The notes beneath the pieces were generated by a model that made no database searches, was not told where the DNA came from, and saw nothing but the letters and a program-made list of their open reading frames with translations. This document shows, piece by piece, positions 1 to 5,082 of a stretch of DNA of 5,082 nt. This DNA is from Amoeboradix gromovi X-113. Taxonomy: Eukaryota > Fungi > Sanchytriomycota. Location: positions 1 through 5,082 of the forward strand of contig JADGIF010000693.1 of NCBI GenBank assembly GCA_018985225.1, read 5' to 3'. Every line of letters begins with the position of its first letter. The stretch's first letter is position 1. Both the position numbers and the translations under genes were made by a program.

Positions 1-218
1 TTGTAAGTGGCAATTCTCTTCTTTCAACTCTGATTGAATTGTATTTGAAATCATAAAATCAGTAGTTATCCTGCAATTCTAAAATAAAGGCTAGATGAAA
101 GAGCAAGAGAATAGCTGTACAGAATATTTATTTTTGAAATTTCGATACAAATTGTCTAGTCTAGTTTTTACAGAGCATGTCCCATTTGTTTTTAGGTGTT
201 TCTGCTTCTCCGTGAAAA
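1..218 (+). mobile_element. 3' non-coding tail/right end of a Fanzor/TnpB-like element (copy 1, candidate omega-RNA scaffold remnant); rest of element lies upstream of the window
   Basis: Three colinear blocks shared with the tail of copy 2: ~13-35 vs ~1272-1291 (loose); 96-119 TGAAAGAGCAAGAGAATAGCTGTA vs 1300-1322 TGAAAGCGTGAAAAATGGCTGTA (18/24 by hand); exact TTCTCCGTGAAAA at 206-218 and 1340-1352, after which similarity stops. Possible stem 26-35/57-67. Confidence 0.55.
206..218 (+). repeat. 13-bp exact direct repeat TTCTCCGTGAAAA, copy 1
   Basis: Identical to 1340-1352; read directly from the sequence. Confidence 0.9.
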
Positions 219-227
219 ATTATTCCC

Positions 228-749
228 ATGGCTTCTATAGATACTGTGATGTCTACACTGCACCTTCCTCCAAAGACAGGTAGACTAGCTAAACGTCTCA
301 AAATTGTGCATTCTCAAAGGAAACGACCCACTTACCCTCTATGCTACGTTCTTTTTGCCGCCAAGTTAACTGACGCCAATATCCGATTAGTTGAAGCCAT
401 GCGAAGAATAAATGTTAAACCTGAATTCGAAAAAGACTATGCTGCGTTTGAAATGGATATCTCAGGTATTATGCAATTCAAATTTGCGTTCGATGGTACT
501 AATAGCGTCCTTGGTGACCCATTTCCGCTTCTAAAAGATACTTCATTAGACCTAGGTCTTGATTTTAAGGAGTCTTGGACAATTTTAGAGAAGTTATATA
601 TTCATGAGCATTACATAAATTATCCAATGATGGGTCTAGTTGCAATAGCATGCTACCACGTCAGCTCTTCCTTGGACGTTGCTACTAAGTTAGGTATCCC
701 ACAAGATTGGCTCTCTCAAGAATGCAGTCACTACTCGAGATTCCTTTAG
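228..749 (+). CDS. Divergent, minimal cyclin-fold protein (173 aa), most like transcriptional cyclins (K/T/L/C group)
   Basis: Intact ORF followed by AATAAA at 757-762. Ordered cyclin-box motifs: LCYVLFAAKLTD (cf. ACLFLAAKVEE), FEMDISGIMQFKF (cf. ExxILxxLxF), DPFPLL (cf. HPYxxL), SWTILEKLY (cf. AWxFxNDxL), NYPMMGLVAIACYHVS (cf. YxPxxIAxACxYLA). Subfamily not resolvable by eye. Confidence 0.7.
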   Translation: MASIDTVMSTLHLPPKTGRLAKRLKIVHSQRKRPTYPLCYVLFAAKLTDANIRLVEAMRRINVKPEFEKDYAAFEMDISGIMQFKFAFDGTNSVLGDPFPLLKDTSLDLGLDFKESWTILEKLYIHEHYINYPMMGLVAIACYHVSSSLDVATKLGIPQDWLSQECSHYSRFL

Positions 750-756
750 TCTTAAA

Positions 757-762
757 AATAAA
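757..762 (+). terminator. Putative polyadenylation signal AATAAA of the cyclin-like gene
   Basis: AATAAA 7 nt after the TAG stop, followed by a T-rich tract; AT-rich background weakens significance. Confidence 0.45.
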
Positions 763-780
763 TTTTTTATCCACAATTAG

Positions 781-1262
781 AGTATAGTCGATCATGGAAA
801 AAATAGCCTTTGATATCTATGATTAGTGCATGGCCATGGACTCAAGCCATAAAGTAAAGACATATTTGCAGGTTTTTCTTTTACTAAATAAATCATTTAT
901 ATTTTGACAGCGTGAGAGTTGTATCACTCGATTATTTCTTATTTCCAAACTTTCTAATTAAGCAAGTGGCATGCTCTTTCTCTCATCTGTGAAAAGTTCT
1001 CGAAATCTTATACGCCAGAAGATTTCAAATTTAATGGCCTCATCAAGAGATGCAGAGTGCATTCTTCTAAAGGAACTATCCGAAGCCTCTCATTGTTAGA
1101 AAATTGATCGTACACGGTTTACAGACAAGTAATATGTTGAATATAATGAAACATTAACTACAGTGAACAAGGTATAGAACTAGCAGACACAACTTGGAGA
1201 CATATGCACACTGTCATCTACAAGTGGATAGAGAGCATATGGTAGTGAAGAAACATGCTTGA
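781..1262 (+). pseudogene. Degenerate Fanzor2/TnpB-like nuclease gene, copy 2 (multiple frameshifts, stops and deletions)
   Basis: Motifs in canonical order across frames: SIVDHG 781-798 (frame 1; one substitution from VDPG, RuvC-I); INHLY...LDYFLFPNFLIKQV 888-968 (frame 3); YVEYNETLTTV 1133-1165 (frame 2; cf. VxExYTS); NLETYAHCHLQVDREH 1191-1238 (frame 3; zinc ribbon end plus DRD-like RuvC-III); RNML 1249-1260 (frame 1). Nucleotide similarity to 4500-5082, including exact AATAAATCATTTAT at 887-900 and 4698-4711. Confidence 0.7.
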
Positions 1263-1352
1263 AAATTACACATTTCTCTTCGATTCTGGCTCAGGGTGGT
1301 GAAAGCGTGAAAAATGGCTGTAGCGTATTAACTGTCTTTTTCTCCGTGAAAA
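1263..1352 (+). ncRNA. Candidate omega-RNA (Fanzor guide scaffold) remnant / element right end of copy 2, internally deleted relative to copy 1
   Basis: Lies directly 3' of the RuvC-III remnant, where TnpB/Fanzor guide scaffolds are encoded; homologous to 13-218 and ends in the shared 13-mer. RNA identity is inferred from position and conservation only. Confidence 0.4.
1340..1352 (+). repeat. 13-bp exact direct repeat TTCTCCGTGAAAA, copy 2
   Basis: Identical to 206-218. Confidence 0.9.
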
Positions 1353-1393
1353 TAGGATTTCTTATTAAGAAAACTGCGGCAAATCCCATAACA

Positions 1394-1413
1394 AAATAAA
1401 ACTGATTTTATTT
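1394..1413. terminator. 8-bp inverted repeat made of two opposed AATAAA signals; putative bidirectional 3'-end signal
   Basis: AAATAAAA-CTGA-TTTTATTT; the minus-strand AATAAA overlaps the TAA stop of the 654-aa gene, the plus-strand AATAAA is at 1395-1400. Confidence 0.45.
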
Positions 1414-3376
1414 ACTTTAGTAGTACACTATTTTCCATTATTGCTTTCATAGGCCCATGGCATAACAAGCAGTCATTAAAGCACTGCAATATTTGACTAA
1501 GAAACCCTTGTTCTATTATTTTTCTACTAGAGTCACAGTTTACACACTTGAAATGATTTCCAGTAATTATTTGTAAAGTTACTTGACATCTTTCCCACCT
1601 TATATCATTATTAACATGAGCCACTCTAGTGCTATTTAATTCAACAGGCAGTTGGGTGATTGGACATTTTTCTACAGTTTTCGGCAGCTCTTGCAATTCT
1701 TTGTATTTCAGCTCTGGTACCAGAGATATAACATGGTTTATAAACAGCAAGTCATTTTCTTTTAGTTCATATTCTTTAATTTTATGGCTATACAAATTTA
1801 ACCAATGCCCCAATAGCTGAATAAATCTGTGTTCTATTACACTCACAGTGTTCGAGTATGCCACCAATCGAGACTCTTCAATGCCTTCGTCTTCAAATTG
1901 TATAGAGCTTAACAGGTAGCTGGATTTGCGCCTGTAATTTAAGAAATGGTTAATGGCTTTACGTAATGATACAAACATGTCTAGCTCTATTCTCTTGTCG
2001 AATAAAGCATTAGTTACGACTGCTGTATCTTTGTTAGCGTTAGAAATTAGTAAATTATTTAAACTGCTAAATTCATTTATGTCTTCTTTTGTAATATTTT
2101 TAAATTCCTGCAATTGCTGCGAATATTCCAGTAATTCTATTGTTGAATTTTCGGTTCTTGACATAAATTGATCAAAAAACGGCCAGATTTCATGCTGGAA
2201 TGGTAGCGCACAAGAATATGATCTTCTCATGTTTGGTTGCAAACTTTCTTGAGTGCTTTTATCTCTCATTGTATAATGACAGTAAATAGTAGATCCCAGC
2301 ACTCTACAGCCGCTCAAATAGCAATCCACTTTACTGTTTATATCATCCTGGACATAGTTTTCGACATGTGCGTTATTATAGGATTCAAGTAGTTTCTCAT
2401 TCATTTTTAAAACTAGTTCATCATGATTAAATCTGTTCAGTTCAGCAGCATAAGAGTACTCTTTTAGAAATCCAATAGCTCCTATTACTGTGCTAGCACT
2501 AGTATTGAAGAGGATGGTTGGATTTCTAGATATTGGCAACTGCGTATGTGATATCTCACTAAATTGGTTGCGTTGTTCGTTAGCTACCAGCCTAAAAGTG
2601 GACAATTTACTGGAGTAGGAAAAGGAAACCACTTGATTTTGGGGGTTAAAGGAATACCACTGAATAAGATCGATGCAAGAACTAACAGAATATGAAAAAA
2701 CAGTAGTGGTCTTCATTCCAGGATAATCTAACCGATACACGATGAACTCACCTTTTAAAGTACCAATTGAAACGTAAGAAAACCCAGTTTCTTCAATATC
2801 ATACTGGCACCACGCAATGCTACGAATATTAGGACTTTCCACTTGAAATCTATATTCCAGCCGAGACTCGTCTACTTGATAAACAAATAAGTATTTATCA
2901 TTTGCAACAGCTAAATAAGCGTGTTTATAGACCGTGTCAATACTGGAATAAGCGCCACTCCATCCAAATGCATTAATTAGAACCGTTTGTAGCTGAATGG
3001 AATCCAGAATATCTGAGGTATTTATTTCAAATTTGTATGCAATTTTCTGATTCACTTGAGCAAAACAACGCCAATGACCCACGTTTTTGTACAGCAAAAC
3101 ATGATTTCCAATAAGCACAGTGAAAATGCAGCCAAACTTGGATATTATCGGGGAGAAGGCAATCTGCTGAACATAAACATTATTACTCTCTATTGCATAA
3201 AAACTTACATCGTCAGGATTCTTTTCAAAATACAACTGAGGCACAGTAACATCTACTCTGTCATAAGTATGGTTCAAAAATATGATGCAACTCCTTTCCA
3301 AAGCTATACCTATGTGTCCGCTTTGAGATGTTACTAATGAATCTATAGCATTGGTTCCGTTAAATTCATGATTCAT
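1412..3376 (-). CDS. GTF3C4: RNA polymerase III transcription factor TFIIIC subunit 4-like protein (TFIIIC90/delta; Sfc9/Tfc8-like), 654 aa
   Basis: Long intact ORF. N-terminal WD40/beta-propeller-like segments (QQIAFSPIISKFGCIFTVL, INAFGWS, IRSIAWC, IDLIQWY); C-terminal EKCPIT...RWERCQVTLQII...CVNC...CLLCHGPM matches the zinc-finger pattern ending TFIIIC subunit 4 proteins. Confidence 0.8.
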   Translation of the reverse strand: MNHEFNGTNAIDSLVTSQSGHIGIALERSCIIFLNHTYDRVDVTVPQLYFEKNPDDVSFYAIESNNVYVQQIAFSPIISKFGCIFTVLIGNHVLLYKNVGHWRCFAQVNQKIAYKFEINTSDILDSIQLQTVLINAFGWSGAYSSIDTVYKHAYLAVANDKYLFVYQVDESRLEYRFQVESPNIRSIAWCQYDIEETGFSYVSIGTLKGEFIVYRLDYPGMKTTTVFSYSVSSCIDLIQWYSFNPQNQVVSFSYSSKLSTFRLVANEQRNQFSEISHTQLPISRNPTILFNTSASTVIGAIGFLKEYSYAAELNRFNHDELVLKMNEKLLESYNNAHVENYVQDDINSKVDCYLSGCRVLGSTIYCHYTMRDKSTQESLQPNMRRSYSCALPFQHEIWPFFDQFMSRTENSTIELLEYSQQLQEFKNITKEDINEFSSLNNLLISNANKDTAVVTNALFDKRIELDMFVSLRKAINHFLNYRRKSSYLLSSIQFEDEGIEESRLVAYSNTVSVIEHRFIQLLGHWLNLYSHKIKEYELKENDLLFINHVISLVPELKYKELQELPKTVEKCPITQLPVELNSTRVAHVNNDIRWERCQVTLQIITGNHFKCVNCDSSRKIIEQGFLSQILQCFNDCLLCHGPMKAIMENSVLLK

Positions 3377-3429
3377 TTGATTTCTGGAGAACCGCTATAA
3401 CAAGGGACTCTGGAAAGTGCTACCTCAAA
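3377..3429. promoter_or_regulatory. 53-bp divergent (bidirectional) promoter region
   Basis: Only 53 bp separate the two opposed ATGs; contains TATAA (3396-3400) between two TCTGGA copies (3383-3388, 3409-3414). Confidence 0.6.
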
Positions 3430-4194
3430 ATGAAAAGATCGGCAATTTCAACAGAAATAGTGAACAAAAGGAAAAAAAAAGAATATATTGATGGGTTTGC
3501 ATTGTCTCTTATTGAATTTACAGTCGGAGTTGAACCAATTTACATAAATAATGTAAACGAATCTATTCAAAATCACTTATCAAAATGGATTGGAAAATAT
3601 CAATCTAATTTACATGGCTTTTCACTGGCATATTTTGATAGCAAAGCAAAATCAAACCTCGGTGGCACTTTAGGTGATTGTCCAAGTATCTATGTTCCAT
3701 GTGAAGCAAAATTCTTGATGTTTTATCCTAAAGTAGAAACTAAAGTACAGATAAAACTAGTGTCATCATCACCACATCATATCGGTGGTCTTTTGTTGGG
3801 AGTCATTCATGTATCCATACCAAAAGATTACATTCCGAATGAATATGAATTCAAGTTTGACAACTCAATAACGGGAAAGTGGTCGTTAAATGGAAAGTCG
3901 TTTGCAATCGGTGACTTGATAAGCAGTACAATAATTGGCACAAAAAAAGACGGGCACGAAATGACTCTAATTGGAACTGTTGCCACCAATTCGGAAGAGA
4001 TAAAAAAGCATATAAGGCTTTATTCACCGAATCATATTTCTATGGACAATCTAGATCTAAATGCAGAATCCTCAAGTTTAGATTCCGACAACTCTGACGA
4101 AGAAAGCGGCAGCGAGAATGATTCAACTAGCTCTGATGTAGAAAACCTAGAAACTATCAAGTCTAAGCCACCTTCTGTTAAAATAAACGTTTAA
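3430..4194 (+). CDS. RPA43: DNA-directed RNA polymerase I subunit RPA43 (Rpb7-like stalk subunit), 254 aa
   Basis: Rpb7-N-like region (VEPIYINNVNESIQNHLSKWIGKYQSNLHGFSLAY; DCPSIYVPCEAKFLMFYPK), OB-fold signature SSPHHIGGLLLGVIHVSIP, acidic Ser-rich C-terminal tail, basic NLS-like KRKKK; AATAAA at 4234-4239. Confidence 0.9.
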   Translation: MKRSAISTEIVNKRKKKEYIDGFALSLIEFTVGVEPIYINNVNESIQNHLSKWIGKYQSNLHGFSLAYFDSKAKSNLGGTLGDCPSIYVPCEAKFLMFYPKVETKVQIKLVSSSPHHIGGLLLGVIHVSIPKDYIPNEYEFKFDNSITGKWSLNGKSFAIGDLISSTIIGTKKDGHEMTLIGTVATNSEEIKKHIRLYSPNHISMDNLDLNAESSSLDSDNSDEESGSENDSTSSDVENLETIKSKPPSVKINV

Positions 4195-4459
4195 ATCTCT
4201 AAATTCTGTATCTAGGACACAATATATACACTAAATAAAACTATTACATGTTGCCTATCAAAAGCTAGAAATATTAAGAAAAAAGTGCCTTAGAATTGTC
4301 GAGCATTTACTAAAAGACAATCCGCCATTACCCATCCCTCTTCCTATGCTCCAGACTAAGCAACAAACAGAATACTTTTTCAAACAAACATGAACTATTT
4401 TCTTATCAGGAATGCCGCAACGGCCCTTTATGTTTAATTAACGGCAAGATCACTGTTAA

Positions 4460-5082
4460 ACTGTCTTTCTGTCGCTCTTATCTTATGGTAAATTCTCATT
4501 TATGGAATTTAGTGTAGAATCAGGGATAGCTTTATCGCAACTTCTAATTAAAGGTTGTCAATTGCTTTAAACATTTGCGACCCCAAATATAATAAATAGC
4601 GTAACTCTACACAAAACACTTTGAGATATCTCGACATAAAGATAATATTGTAAACCGAATCTAAAACTAGATCAACTACAGCCTGACTATTTTCTTGAAT
4701 AAATCATTTATTGCGAATTTGTATATATTTTTGTATAATTTCATGACTTTCCCAGATTTTTCTAATAGCTCAAATACTCGATATTCTTCCTTTTCGCAAA
4801 TGGTAAATGGAATAAATAGATGTTATCCTGAATATGTGAATTCTAAAGAAATAACTAGTAGGTACAGCATACATTCGTCTCAGACTGATAAGCTGGTCCA
4901 AAGAGGTAAATTCGATGCCATGTAGAATATGTGGCACTCTAAAGAAAACCAATTTGGAGAGCTATTCATGTACATATTGTCGTTTGGAAGTGGACATGGG
5001 CCACATGGCACGAAGCAACAAATTCGATGCATGTACGAGGTATGGTACTTTAAAGAAAACCAATTTAGAAACCTGAACCTGT
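4460..5082 (+). pseudogene. Degenerate Fanzor2/TnpB-like nuclease gene, copy 3 (5' boundary uncertain; runs off the window end)
   Basis: FSVESGI 4508-4528 (frame 2; two substitutions from SVDPGI); INHL at 4699-4710; YNFMTFPDF 4734-4760 (frame 3); RLRLISWSKE 4876-4905 then SMPCRICGTLKKTNLESYSCTYCRLEVDMGHMARSN 4912-5019 (frame 1), matching the spacing of TnpB/Fanzor SxxCxxCG...CxxCxxxxDRDxNxxxN. Colinear with copy 2. Confidence 0.72.
4908..5082 (+). repeat. Imperfect tandem repeat (period 111-112 bp) of the zinc-ribbon-coding segment
   Basis: 4908-4971 vs 5020-5082 align at 49/64 columns by hand, including exact AAATTCGATGC and TAAAGAAAACCAATTT; the second unit has C>Y (TAT 5041-5043) and a TGA at 5074-5076. 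Confidence 0.9.

Noticed and set aside
185-195. Splice-acceptor-like TTTGTTTTTAG that might add an upstream coding exon to the cyclin
   Set aside because: An in-frame TGA at 213-215 lies between it and the ATG, so it cannot extend the protein; a UTR intron is not excluded but is unsupported.
213-223. TGAAAAATTAT as an RRPE-like promoter motif
   Set aside because: Imperfect match, and the second copy at 1340-1352 is not upstream of any gene.
95-283. 62-aa ORF
   Set aside because: Overlaps the cyclin start out of frame, lies in the repeated non-coding tail and has no recognisable motif.
206-1352. 13-bp repeat as a target-site duplication around a cyclin retrocopy
   Set aside because: Homology extends upstream of both copies in colinear blocks, which fits two element ends better than a TSD; there is no poly(A) tract.
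1629-3337. Three short + strand ORFs (1629-1820, 1953-2171, 3056-3337)
   Set aside because: Antisense shadows inside the 654-aa gene with no protein-like motifs.
4060-4145. Low-complexity Ser/Asp/Glu-coding stretch
   Set aside because: Ordinary acidic tail of RPA43.
4695-4952. 76-aa (+) and 60-aa (-) ORFs as independent genes
   Set aside because: The + ORF begins at TTG and is one frame fragment of the pseudogene; the - ORF has no ATG start and is its antisense shadow.
4908-5082. CRISPR array or functional zinc-finger repeat protein
   Set aside because: Only two long degenerate units with codon-structured differences; the second has a lost cysteine and a stop; eukaryotic context with no cas genes.

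Overview
AT-rich, gene-dense, apparently intronless eukaryotic DNA, probably from a compact fungal-type or protist genome; the host cannot be fixed from this window. Three intact genes encode transcription machinery: a minimal, divergent cyclin-fold protein (228-749, +), a TFIIIC subunit 4-like protein with a C-terminal Cys zinc finger (1412-3376, -) and RNA polymerase I subunit RPA43 (3430-4194, +). The last two are head-to-head across only 53 bp. The main hidden signal is that the three apparently non-coding stretches are decayed, same-strand copies of one element. Read across frameshifts, ~780-1260 and ~4500-5082 give, in order, the motifs of a TnpB/Fanzor (Fanzor2-like) RNA-guided nuclease: RuvC-I DPG-like, D-x-x-L-F-P-x-F, N-E-x-x-T, a CxxCG...CxxC zinc ribbon and RuvC-III DRD-like...RN. 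Segments 1-218 and ~1270-1352 share a non-coding tail ending in an identical 13-mer (TTCTCCGTGAAAA), a candidate omega-RNA/right end. All assignments come from manual motif reading; no database search was run.
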